From contig NC_083223.1 of NCBI RefSeq assembly GCF_032191835.1, positions 20,894,001 through 20,958,000 on the forward strand: a DNA stretch of 64,000 nt, in the 5' to 3' direction. This document shows positions 33,981-48,881 of the stretch, one piece after another. A model generated the notes under the pieces. It worked only from the letters and a program-made list of their open reading frames with translations, was not told where the DNA came from and ran no database searches. A program made the translations under genes and the position numbers. Source of the stretch: Heteronotia binoei. Its lineage: Eukaryota. Every line of letters starts with the position of its first letter. Position 1 is the stretch's first letter.

Positions 33981-35529
33981 GAGCTTCCCAATCTAATTTT
34001 TGAAACAAGCAAAAGCGGGTCTGTAGCCCGTGGGGCACTCAAGATATGCTAGGAAGTGCATGAGACCTGAAGCCAGGGAAGTTGGTGCTTAGTAAGATTC
34101 CCAGTAGTCACAAAACTGCAGAACCCTGTGAATCTCCCAGCTGCCTCTGCCACGATTAGTGAAATTACCCAAATCAGTTACTTACGGAATAAGTAACGCA
34201 AGAAAAGTTCTGCGGATTTGTCTAATGTGTTTGACAGAACGCAGAATTCGTTTTTTCATTGCAGAATGTGTGAATTACCTCAGATGCCTGGTGAACTGAA
34301 TAAATTCTGGGCATCAGCGTAATGCTATTTAAACTCATACAGTCTTCACATTCGGTCCTGTGGTTATATTTGGATTTCAAACTACTGAATAGCAAGAGTA
34401 TTGCTACAAGCATCTAGAATACAGCCTTCAATGAGGTATCCGACAGCTGGTAAAATATCCGGAGACATTTTCTTCTTAGAAAAGGAACCATTTACTTACA
34501 CTAATAGTTGCATAGTAAAATCTGAAAATGGATTCCTTAGTGGTTTTTCCCTAATGACTTGGAAACTATGCAGTAGAGAGGGTCAGGAGGGCAGGCGCTA
34601 GATATGGGGAGCAGAATTAATAGAGTACAGTCTTTGGTGGTCTCTACACTCCAATCCCAGCTCTTCCACCTATGATGTGCCACACTGGCTTCCTTTCCCA
34701 GTCAATAAGATTCCATAACATAGTTATCCAAGCTCTCCTGCAAAACGGAGATCAAGGCATTACATTCTGCACTCGCATGCCAGGCTCTGATCACCAGAGT
34801 GCGGACATCCAACTGACACCTGGCACCAAACCTTCTTAAAGCAAAAGGGATGGGCACGAACCCATCATACCTCCCATGAACGGCTTCAGAGCTCACTCGG
34901 AATGGACCGAACTCCTGAACCAGATGAACCGTGAACCCGTTTGTTCAATGGAAAAGTTTGTTGGAGGTTTGCGGCTCATGAAAACCCCAGACCATGAACC
35001 TCTATTTTCCTGGTTTGTGTCCACCCCTAAGCAAAAACATTTCAACATACTAAAACACAAGCCAAATAGACAGCCTTGGCCAAAGAAACCATCCCGCTCC
35101 TGCGTTTTAAAGGCACAGTGAAAAGCAGCCAATATTCCCCCCACATACACTGATTGTCCTGGCCTCTGATATATAAGGCTAAATGCAGTCCAGCCTCTTA
35201 TACCTGTTGTCACCACTAGAGAGGCCATTTCAAGCCACTACAGCATAGCTTCAGATTCAACTTCATTTGAAGATTTAGCTTTAACAGAGCTCAATATGAG
35301 GAGACGGAACACATTTCAAAAGTCGCATCAGCTGAGGGATAGCGATGTTTTTAGGAAGGTGTTCCACTGGAACTTCAGACAGACTTGGTTTCAATCAAAC
35401 AACATCACAGGAAGATAAAATGTGGTTTGCCCCCACCAAGAAGCCAGCTAATCCTAGGGAAGATTTGACATTACGGTTTGGTGCTGGGGACCACACCTGG
35501 TTGAAGTGCAACATTAATACGTATGCATG

Positions 35530-35680
35530 CAACTGACTTCCGGTGAACTCAGCAAGGGGCTTTCTAGGGAAGTGAGAAGCAGAGGTGGTTGCCATTGCCT
35601 TCCTCTGCAGAGCCTTCCTTGGTGGTCTCCCTTCCAAGTACCGACCCATTAGCTTTCGAGATTAGCTATACTATGCCACT
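35530..35680 (-). mobile_element. Diverged 5S-headed SINE with Sauria-like tail
   Basis: ggtggtctcccttccaagtaccgacccattagctttcgagat is an antisense 5S remnant; ggttgccattgccttcc resembles the Sauria tail. Confidence 0.55.
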
Positions 35681-35823
35681 GTAGCCAAGTGTAATTTAAA
35701 GAGGGAGCAACGAAAGTTAGAACAGCAGGGGCCTGAAAGTAAGGAGCCTAGTTGTGCATAGGCAATCTCTGAGCACAATTTAAGATTAAGGCTGCTTTTG
35801 AGCAAAACAGGGTTATGTGGAAG

Positions 35824-36006
35824 GAGGGCTTTGTTTGGTAGCAGGAACTCCTTTGCATATTAGGCCACACACCCGTAACGTAGCCAGTCTTCCAAGAGCT
35901 TACAGGTCTCTTCTTACAGGGCCTACTGTAAGCTCCAGGAGGACTGGCTCCATCAGGGGTGTGTAGCCTAATATGCAAAGGAGTTCCTGCTACAAAAAAA
36001 GCCCTG
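35824..36006. mobile_element. Palindromic hAT MITE
   Basis: Hairpin; TSD tgtggaag / tggggaag. Confidence 0.85.
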
Positions 36007-36596
36007 TGGGGAAGTACAGTGAACGAAAAGATTATGGGTTTTAAAAACCTATGAGTGGGTTTCTCAGAATCCTTAATTTTTACTCCTCTCTTTCGAGCAT
36101 TGTCCTTACAACTGTCCATGGTTCCTGCCCACAGAGCAGCCTTCCTCTCTCACTCCCTAGCTTTCGTCCGGCAACCTGTTCTCTTCTCTCCTGTCTTCAC
36201 GTGCCAAGAAGTCTCTTCGTACAGGATTAGGAACCACAAGCTAGAGTCCCCTCTCATTCCGCCTTTCACTCTGAAGGGGCATTCAGTCAGACAGAAACAA
36301 CATGCAGGCCTTTAAGCAGAGGAGCACCTACTAGTTATGATGAGCAGGTCGCCTCCCCCTCCAGTAACCACGTGCAGAGCAGCAAAGCAAAATAGCTTGC
36401 CCTGCTTTGTCCCAGTAAAATCCCCTCTGCCGATCAGAGGAATTTCTTTTGCAATCGAAAGTATCCCCTGCCTTGTTCGGGATCCCGTTTCATGGACTGG
36501 GAGAGGCCTGAGTGTGTTTTGTTCTCAGAAAAGCTTCCTCAAGCAGAAAGGCCAATTCTAGCGCTCCGAGTCTGATAACGGAGTGAGGTTTTTTTA

Positions 36597-36954
<358 letters not shown>

Positions 36955-37269
36955 GTGGTCAGTTGTGTGTCTTCCTGCCTCTGGAGTGACACAGCAAAGT
37001 TGCCACTGCCCTGGCTTTGTGGCATGGAGCAGGCAGGTATGGTGACCAGGAGAGAAGGCAAGGGACACACAGCCCTCCAAATGTCAACAGAAAGGGCACA
37101 GCAAGGGCTGCTTGCACCCACAACCAACTGGCACAGGAATACTGCCACATCAGGGACTACAGATCAAGCGCTCTCTCTGCTACTGAGTCTCTTCTTTTAA
37201 AATGCACTATACTTTTTTTTCCAAGCTGGCAGATGAAAACAATGCATCACTGATGGGGTTGCCAAACTT

Positions 37270-37489
37270 GAACATATGAACATATGAAGCTGCCTTATAC
37301 TGAATCAGACCTTTGGTCCATCAAAGTCAGTACTGTCTTCTCAGACTGGCAGCGGCTCTCCGGGGTCTCAAGCTGAGGTTTTTCACACCTATTTGCCTGG
37401 ACCCTTTTTTAGTGGAGATGCCGGGGATTGAACCTGGGATCTTCTGCTTCCCAAGCAGATGCTCTACCACTGAGCCACCGTCCCTCCCC
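37270..37489 (-). mobile_element. Squam2-like SINE
   Basis: Intact A and B boxes; same tail as 14468-14672. Confidence 0.85.
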
Positions 37490-37618
37490 AAACCCCTCTC
37501 CTCCCCAAACTTCAGGTAGTAAATCACAAAAAATTACACCAAGATTGAAAAAAAACCACCCAATACTATGTTGCAAGTTAAATGTGTAATAAATTGTAAC
37601 ATTGTGTAATCATATATC

Positions 37619-37801
37619 CAGTGGTGGAATTCTAGCAGGAGCTCCTTTGCATATTAGGCCACACACCCCCCCCCCCGATGTAGCAAATCCTCCAAGAGCT
37701 TACAAGGCTCTTTTTCATAAGCTCTTGGAGGATTGGCTGCATTGGGGGGGGGTGTATGTGGTCTAATATGCAAAGGAGCTCCTGCTAGAATTCCACCACT
37801 G
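37619..37801. mobile_element. Palindromic hAT MITE
   Basis: TSD catatatc / catataac. Confidence 0.85.
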
Positions 37802-38666
37802 CATATAACTAACAATATAAATATCACAAGCGCACAAGGTTGCAGTACGAGTTGGATGAATTATGAAAGGTCAATCCTGCTTCTCTGTTCCCAACACTCT
37901 TCTTCAGGTCTAGAGCTGATTAATACTACTAACAAATTTTTACGTCTTCATATATTGGTCAAACTTGACTGTAACACTCAACGGCAAGGACAGATTCATG
38001 AGATGACATTTCCATTCTTCAAAAACTTCTCTCAAATTCCTAAATGCAGCAGCAGCAGCAGCTTACGAGTTACCCTTCCATAAATTTGCTGGGACTGTGA
38101 CCAATCTCCAGTCCACAAAGGTCAGTTCCCCTGGAGAAAATCGCCACTATGGAAGGTGGACTCTATGACATTATACCCCTCTCCCCTCCCCAAACCCTGC
38201 CCTACTGAGGTTCCAAAATGGAAATCGCTGCGCAATGGAAACCCAGTGAGGACCACAGTCTAACAGAAGAATAGCAGCCACTAGACGAGCATCTCCAGAT
38301 ACGAGGACCTCGTTTTTGCAAAAAGCTTTGTCCAAGCTTCGGGGAAAAAAAATCATAGCAAGTCTTAGCGATCCAACTACTCCTAACTCTGTCCAGTGAC
38401 TGTGTCACTATCTGACTTTACTTGTGGAATTTTTGGGATAGCTCTATCTGTTCGGCACTGCATTCATTCCGTGTTTTGCTGTTTAATATTCTAATCTATG
38501 TTTAATACTATGAATGTTTTTGCATAAGAGCGTATTTGAATTTGTTATAGACTCAGTCTGAATGTTGTTTACACAGAGGCTTCGCCTTGTTTCCTTTCCC
38601 CCCCGCAGGAGGCGGGCTACTCTGGGATGTGCCCATTCCTTCCACCCTTCTTGAAATCATTATTCC

Positions 38667-39214
<548 letters not shown>

Positions 39215-39869
39215 TCAAGCTAGCTCACACCTCCAGATTCTGCACAAATACATACTTAAGAGCCCAGGGAAACAGAAAGAGCTCTTGCTAGGATTTGTCA
39301 ATGACAGTTCCCATGCAGATGCCTCCGCCCCATATTTCGATAAAGAGGATTTGGTCATGTGGGCAGGTCATCATATAATACCAGGTGTGGCCAAACTGCG
39401 GCTTGGGAGCCACATGTGGCTCTTTCACACATATTAGGTGGCTCCCAAAGCCCCCACTGCACTGCCCCATTGACCATTTTGGAGAATAATAATAATAATA
39501 ATAATAAAAATTTTATTTATACCCCGCCCTCCCCGCTGAGGCAGGCTCAGGGCGGCTTACAAGGTGTGGCAAAAGCCATGTTAAACAATAGAACAATTGT
39601 ACATCTCAATACAATTTACAATTAAAATTTTACATAATCTAAAACAGTCTAAAATCAATCTAAAATAGTCTCATCTCTTTAAATTCTCTCTTTAAATCAC
39701 TTCCCAAGCCCAGCCAGCCGGCAACTTGGAGAATACATTTAAAGTTAAAGTTGCTTCCTTTCCACCTTTCCTCCTCCTTCACATCTTCCTTCCTTCCCCT
39801 TTCTCTAATCAGTTGGGGTAGACAACTCCCAAGACAGTCTTCTTTGCATCTGTGTACAATTCTGGTCAC

Positions 39870-40482
39870 CACACCTCAAAAAAAAAAAAAAGAAATTATA
39901 GCATTGGAAAAAGTCCAGAAAAGGGGAACTAGAATGATTAAAGGGTTGGAACGCTTTCTCTATGAAGAAAGGCTAAAATGCTTGGAGCTCTTTAGCACTG
40001 ACTGAGGGGTGACATCATAGAGGCTTACAAGATTATGCATGGGATAGAGAAGGTAGAGAAAAGTACTTTTCTCCCTTTCTCACAATACGAGAACTTGTGG
40101 ACACTCAATGAAATTGCTGAGCAGTCGGGTTAGAACAGATAAAAGGAAGTACTTCTTCTCCCAAAGGGTGATTAACACGTGGAAATCACGGCCACGGGAG
40201 GTGGTGGCAGCTACAAGCATAGCCAGCTTCAAGAGGGGATTGGATAAACATGGAGCAGAGGTCCATCAGTGGCTATTAGCCACAGCGTATTGTTGGAACT
40301 CCCTGTCTGGGGCTGTGATGCTCTGTATTCTTGGTGCTTGGCGGGGCAACAGTGGGAGGGCTTCTAGTGTCTTGGCCCCACTGATGGACCTCCTGATAGA
40401 GCCTGGTTTTTTTGGCCACTGTGTGACACAGTGTTGGACTGGATGGGCCATTGGCCTGATCCAACATGGCTTCTCTTATGTT
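39870..40482 (+). mobile_element. CR1 LINE 3' fragment
   Basis: Reads ALEKVQKRGTRMIKGLE..YEERLKCLELFS and RTDKRKYFFSQRVINTW; ends in a ttctcttatgttc tail. Confidence 0.9.
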
Positions 40483-40789
40483 CATCTGCTGGCCCCTTCC
40501 CAGCCCAGGGTTGGATTTCCACCTGCACACAGCAAGTGACTCCACTGCAATCCTCCCCTCACCACCAAACAGCTTGCAGAGGGTTGGCAGCCCCCTTCAC
40601 TGCCTTAGCCAGCGTGGTGTAGTGGTTAACAGCAACGATCCCTCTAAGCTGGGGAGCAAAAATTCTACTGCCATTAATGCTACTGGCATGAAAGCTGTGA
40701 GTGAGTGATTTGGCTACTGCATAAATTAGTTTGCTCTGAGGCCATTTTTTCCTGAATTAAAGCAAAAATGCACTAGCTCACACTAACTC

Positions 40790-41050
40790 ATAACAACATG
40801 AGAAGCCATGTTGGATCAGGCCAAAGGCCCATCCAGTCCAACACTCTGTCACACAGTGGCCAAAAAAAACCAGGTGCCATCAGGAGGTCCATCAGTGGGG
40901 CCAGGACACTAGAAGTCCTCGCACTGTGCCCCCACCCCACCCCCCAGCATCAAGAATACAGAGCATCACTGCCCCAGGCACAGAATTCCAACAATGCACT
41001 GTGGCTAATAGCCACTGACGGACCTCTGCTCCATATGTTTATCCAATCCC
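40790..41050 (-). mobile_element. CR1 3' fragment, inverted relative to 39870-40482
   Basis: Reverse-complement match to 40250-40482. Confidence 0.85.
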
Positions 41051-41478
41051 CCAGTTTAGAAGGAATGCTGGTTAAGAACAGCAGGCTCTAATCTGGAGCG
41101 CTGGGTTTGCTTCCCCACTCCTCCTCCACTTGAAGCCAGCTTTGTGATCTTGGGACAGTCCTTGTTCTCTCAGAACTCTCTCAGCTCCACCTGCCTCACA
41201 GAGTCTGTTGCGGGGAGAGCAAAGGAAGGAGATTGTAAGCCACTCTGAGACTCCTTCGCTTAATGAAGAGCGGGCTATAAAACCAACTCTTCTTCTTCTG
41301 AGCCTAACCAATGGATCATGTAATCACTGAATGCTTACTAGTCCTAAGACAGTAGGCATTCCCATCTTCCCACCCCTCTAAATATCCGCAACCCACAAAA
41401 CAGACACTGCTGGCATTTATTATTTTTCAGAGCCATCCTATCCAACCCCCTGCAGAGGTGTTCACTGAGGACTCATCA

Positions 41479-41649
<171 letters not shown>

Positions 41650-41859
41650 TCACACACGCAAAGGGACCTGATGTTTAACCACCACCACATCTGGCAGCTC
41701 CCACAACAGCACATTTACCCCTGGCTCTGCAAACGAAGTAACTGACTAGTGATCTAGGTATATCCACAGGGGAGGGGAGAAGATCCATTTCCTCAGGGAG
41801 CTCTTCAAATAAAAGAAACCATGGCAAGAAAATCCTTGCAAACTGGCCGCCCCTTACAA

Positions 41860-42321
41860 CAGCGGTCCCCAACCTTTTTGGCATCAGGGACCGGTTTTGT
41901 GAAAGACATATTTTCCAAGGAGGGGGAGGGGTATGGTTTCAGGATGACACAATTGTGCACTTTATTTCTAAAGTGTTTGGTGCAGTGGTTAAGTGCGGGG
42001 ACTCTTGTCTGGGAGAACGGGGTTTGATTCCCCACTCCTCTACTTGCACCTGCTAGCATGGCCTTGGGTCAGCCATAGCATCTCATAGAGATGTCCTTGT
42101 AAGGGCAGCTGCTGTGAGAGCCCTCTCCAGCCCCACCCACCTCACAGGGTGTCTGTTTTGGGGGAGGAAGGTAAAGGTGACTGTGAGCCGCTCTGAGACT
42201 CTTCAGAGTGGAGGGCAGGATATAAATCCAATGTCGTCATCATCTTATTATTATTACTACGCTGTAATATACAATGAAATAATTATACAACTCATGGCCC
42301 AGTTGCTAACAGGCCATGGAC
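41860..42321. mobile_element. hAT-Charlie (MER1/Charlie3-like) non-autonomous element, interrupted by a Squam3-like SINE (about 41971-42245)
   Basis: Starts cagcggtccccaacctttttggcatcagggaccgg and resumes tattattac...aatgaaataattatacaactca. Flanks ccttacaa / ccttgcaa. Family assignment is from memory. Confidence 0.6.
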
Positions 42322-42529
42322 CCTTGCAAGACGGACCATCTTGTCTAGCCTATGAGAAAGCAGCAGGTAGGAGGACTTCCCTTGCTATTCTCAATGCACA
42401 ATCCCCACCCAACCCCTCTGTGCTGTATCAACCATCCCCAATAGCTTTTGGAATGGATGCCCAAGTTCAAAGATCTGGATTTCAGGGGCATAAGCTAATC
42501 TAGTGCAAAGGAAAACTCACAGAGAGAAG

Positions 42530-43018
42530 AATAAGAAGCGAATGATATTGGATTTATATCCTGCCCTTCACTCTGAGTCTCAGAGCGGTCCCAATCTCCT
42601 TTTACCTTCCTTCCCCACAACAGAAACCCTGGGAGGTAGGTGGGGCTCATATGAACATATGAAGCTGCCTTATACTGAATCAGACCCTCAGTCCATCAGT
42701 CAGTATTGCCTACTCAGACTGGCAGCGGCTCTCCAGGGTCTCAAGCTGAGGTTTTTCACACCTATTTGCCTGGACCCTTTTTTGGAGATGCCAGGGATTG
42801 AACCTGGGACCTTCTGCTTACCAAGCAGATGCTCTACCACTGAGCCACCATCCCTCCCCCAAAGAGAGTTCTGACAGAAGCTGCCCTTTCAAGGACAACT
42901 CCTGCGAGAGCTATGGCTAACCAAGGCCGTTCCAGCAGCTGCAAGTGGAGGAGTGGGGAATCAAACCCAGTTCTCCCAGATAAGAGTCCGCGCACTTAAC
43001 CACTACACCAAACTGGCT
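42530..43018 (-). mobile_element. Squam3-like SINE with a nested Squam2-like SINE (42649-42860)
   Basis: The two Squam3 halves rejoin across the inserted tRNA-headed SINE. Confidence 0.85.
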
Positions 43019-43153
43019 GGGGAAATGGGTACTGCCTCAAAGGGAATGAGAAGAACTGTGACACAGAACAGCCTTCTAACAATCGCCAACCTTTGGGAGG
43101 TGCCACCCACTGCCCTGAAAGCTCTCCTCCCCCAGCCTGAGCCACGGGGACTA

Positions 43154-43645
<492 letters not shown>

Positions 43646-43793
43646 GAAGGATGTCAGGAAGCCAAAGGACCTCGGCGTCAATCCACTGAATGACCCCAGA
43701 CATTTACAATACAGATCCTTGTGCAAAGATTTTGCTAACCCCCCCACTGCCCTGCATCCTGCTGTTCCCGAGCAAAACTCCAAACCCTCCTCC

Positions 43794-44092
43794 AGGGGTG
43801 GCCGAACTTGCTTAACATAAGTCACAGAGAATAAGTGTCAGATGTTTGAGAGCTGCAAGCCAGGAAGGAAGGAAGGCAAACAGATGACGACAGGGAGGGA
43901 GAGGTGGAAAGAAAGGGACTTTAATTTTAAATGCATTCTCCAAGCTGCCAAACTTCTTGGCTTGGAGAAGTGATTTAGAGAGAGAACTGCCTTCTCCAAG
44001 CCAGTTGACGGGGCAGTGGGGGCTTCAAGAGCCACACAATGTGTGCGAAAGAGCCACAAATGGCTCCCGAGCCACAGTTTGGCCACCCCTGC
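43794..44092. mobile_element. Non-autonomous hAT element
   Basis: TIRs caggggtggccgaac / gtttggccacccctg. Confidence 0.8.
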
Positions 44093-44629
44093 TCCAGGGT
44101 AATGGGACTTCCATTTCAAGGAAAAGCCACTTCCCCAGCCTAGAAGAATACTTGTGTTTACTCCAAGGAAGACGGTGGAAAGGACTGGCCCAGAATAAGC
44201 ACCCTTAATGTTAACAGGATGAGGTCACCAATTAACAAGCATCATCTTTCTCAGAAGAGAATTTGAACAGGTGTCTCTCTGAGCAAGGCACCCCCATCTC
44301 TTTACAACATACCCATCTGATGCAACACAGCTAATTGCACAATACAGGAGAGTTGGCTTTTTATACCCCGCTCTTTACTATCCAAAGGATTCTCAGAGTG
44401 GCCGTAACAGGCTTCCTTGTGAGGCAGGTGGGGCTGAGAGAGCTCTGAGAGAACTGTGACTGGTCCAAGGTCACCCAGCCGGCTTCATGTGGAGGAGAAG
44501 TAGGGAATCAAACCTGATTCTCCAGATTAGAGTCTTCTGCTGTTAACCACTACACCAAACAAGGTTGCCACCAAGCAGGCTATAAAAAGGGCCTCGTTGC
44601 CAATTTCTGCCACACTGCACCAGCCTTTA

Positions 44630-44851
<222 letters not shown>

Positions 44852-45574
44852 TCACCAGTTGTTCCCCCTTAATTGCAAAAAGCAAGCTCTCCCTCCCCAC
44901 CTTCCTCCCCGAGAGGAGCCTCAGCGAATGGAGAAAAAAGAGACTTTGCTCTGTAGCTTCTATGTGATTGAGTAAGCCTTGCAAAGCAAGCTGTTATGCA
45001 CAAGGAAGCAAGAGAGAGGGAGAAGGAAGCAGACGACAGCCAGTTGCTCGGGGGCCTGACAGGAACCCCCCCGAGGGCCTAATTTGGCTCCTGGGCTGCA
45101 TGTTTGACACCTCTGGTTTATTCATTTGTATTTTATTCTGCCTTTTCTTTTTGAGCAATCTGGCTTCGTTCTACATGCTTTAAAGAAATATTCATTATAT
45201 TAAACAAAACTCTCAGTTCCGTACTTCAGTTTTTTATTATCGATAATTTGTATGACTGAATCGGCTTCCTGTATTCATGTGGAAGAATACCTGAATATCC
45301 TTACAGAATTAATAGTTGTAACATTTTGTGTCAGGAGCAAGGAATAAAACTACAAATGAATTGACACTGTTCTGTGTTTTATCTAGATTTTTTAAAATGT
45401 CACAATCCTCTTCTGCAGACTGGATCCCTTGACACCTGTGCTGCCGTCAAGCAACTCAACATTTCCTTCCCATAGCCTCCTAGAACCCAAGGAAGTTTTG
45501 CCAGCCCACCCGAAGCCACTGTGTACATCTAACCTGCTCTTAGCTGCGACCTCAGCAGTATGCATCTCCTAGAC

Positions 45575-46109
45575 CAGGGGTGTCAAACATGTGGCCCAGA
45601 GGCCAAATGAGGCCCCCAGAGGGCTTCTATCAGATCCCCAAACAACTGGCTGTCATCTGCTTCCTTCTCCCTCTCTCTTGCTTCCTTCTGCATCACAGTT
45701 CTATTTTCTCCATTGGCTGAGGCTCCTCCCTTGGGGAGGAAGGGGGGAAGGTAGAGCTTGTTTTTCTAGGCTCTCTATATTACACAGCAGAGCTACTGAG
45801 CCAAGCCTCTCTTTCTTCTATTGGCTGAGGCTCTTCCTGATCCCCTGGGGAGGGAGAGAAAGAGCCAGTTTCCTCTGCCCAGTTCCCTGGATCCCATAGG
45901 AGAAATACAAAAAAAGCACCTTTAAGACAGAGTGCTAGTGTTTTAAGTTTTTTTTTTTAAATTAATTGTGTTTGTCTGCGTCCTTTATAAAGTTTATATC
46001 CCTAGCTATCTTAAATAGGTACACACATGGCCCGGCCCAACACAACATGACTCAGCCCAACAAGGTCTCATTTATCTGGCCCTCGTAACAAATGAGTTTG
46101 ACATCCCTG
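45575..46109. mobile_element. Non-autonomous hAT element
   Basis: TIRs caggggtgtcaaac / gtttgacatccctg; TSD tcctagac / tccaagac. Confidence 0.85.
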
Positions 46110-46201
46110 TCCAAGACTCTTCCGAAAGCACTCTGGGATACGGTAAAAGATGACAGCAGATTCAACCACGAGGCTGCCCACTTCAGCCATAGGGCCCTTC
46201 A

Positions 46202-46660
<459 letters not shown>

Positions 46661-48321
46661 CTAGATCAAGGAGACGGGACGGTTAACCTGCAGGCCTTTT
46701 TGCTGCAGAAAAATTAATGAAACAGAAGAGCTGTAGTTCAGAGGCAGCTGCCTAGAGCTGCAAAATGCTCTACAAAGAACACTGGGAACATGCGGACACC
46801 AGAGAGAACCTTAACCCTGCTGGCCGCATGAATCAAAGCTTTCCTCCTGTTCCATTCTAGACTCTCTTAAAACTCTGGCTTGTTTAAAATGTAAGGCACA
46901 GATTCCCCCAGTATGATTTTGCATGGGCTGGGAGAGTCCTTGAACTGTGCTACAGCTAAGATGGCTCAGTTTGCATGTAAGCACAATGTCCCCAAAGGCT
47001 ACATTTTGCAGGGGCTGCAGCAGGGCTAAAGTGAGACCCTGAGCTTGCGCAGAGCCTGCAAGAGAACCTCCCTGCCTCACCAGGCTCACTTTCAATTGGG
47101 TCTTACCAGGGGGCGTTTGGGTAGAAAAAGCCCAGCCAGAACTCATTTGCATATCAGGCCACACCCCCTGCCATCGCCAGAAGTGATGTCGCCCACTCAG
47201 TAGGTTACTTCCTGCATGCTGACAAAACAGCACAGTGCCATCAGCAGCATTTCATGAATGTGTGTTCTCACACAGCCCAATGAAACACCTTATTTCACAG
47301 CCACCCCAACACGGCTGGAGAGAGAGAGAGCCATGTACAGTGGAGCAGGCAGCGGCAGGCCCAGCTTCTTCCAGGAGGGGCACTCATGGACGCCTCTGAA
47401 TCTCTCGCTCTATTTGCAAGCCCACTAGAGGTGGCAGAGAGGACAGAGCACACGATCTGGGAATGTGTGGCTGCCTAGTGCCTTCCCTCTGCCTGGAGAC
47501 CTTTTTTTGAGCTGGCGCCCTGGCCAACCCAGCTGGAACTGTGCTCCTGTGCGTTCCTGCTTAAAAAAAGCCCTGAGCACTGCGGAAAAAAGACCCAATT
47601 GCCTGTGTCCTGGCAAAAGAAAAAGACATTATCGGAAGTCTATATTCAGCAGCACCCAAATATGGTCTATAATGGTGCAATGACCCCCGAAACCCAAGGA
47701 GTGGCCTGTCACAAGTTCCTCCTCACCCAATACGTTCAAGAATTAACCGGGATATATTTATACTGAGTTATAAAAAAACTTAGAGGGACATTTCTGTTTA
47801 ACTTGCGCTGTGCAATGTTCACTTAGCTATCGCAGGATGCAAATGGTTTCCTACAAATGCACCCACCTGCCCAGCTCTTGTTGGACTGGATACAGGATAT
47901 GGAGAAACAGGTTGGCTTCTGTACACTGATGGTCAAGGGAGCAACAATTTTTAAAAAACAATACTGATTCCCAGCTGGGGTTTCCTATTTCAGACTGACC
48001 TGGCTTCCTGTCATTAAAGCCCTGAAGAATCCTTTAATGACCGGGCAGCTGTCCAAGCCTTTGAGCACAAATCCTCTTGCATTTTATTCTTCTAAACATT
48101 CAGCCTTGGGTCTGAAGCACTTATGTCAGTGCAGGCTAGGAGCAGGCTGAGTGGTCAGCTAAAGACGGGTAAACTAGGGAATAAGATTAGAACTAAAAAA
48201 AACGCAATTGATCTTAATAGCCAGGCAGGAAAACCCTAGATCTGTGGGAAATAAACAGTATGCTGTATGGGGAAAATTTAGCAGGAGAAACAACCTATTT
48301 GCAACAGGTCATCCTCAACGG

Positions 48322-48492
48322 CAGGGGTGGAATTCTAACAGGAGCACCTTTGCATATTAGGTCATACACCCCTGATGTAGCCAATCCTCCAAGAGCTTAG
48401 AAAAAAGAGCCTTGTAAGCTCTTGAAGGATTGGCTACATCAGGGGTGCTTGGCCTAATATGCAAAGGAGCTCCTGCTAGAATTCTACCCCTG
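48322..48492. mobile_element. Palindromic hAT MITE
   Basis: Same family as 15372-15542; TSD ctcaacgg / ctcagcag. Confidence 0.8.
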
Positions 48493-48512
48493 CTCAGCAG
48501 CATCCCGCACTA

Positions 48513-48881
<369 letters not shown>

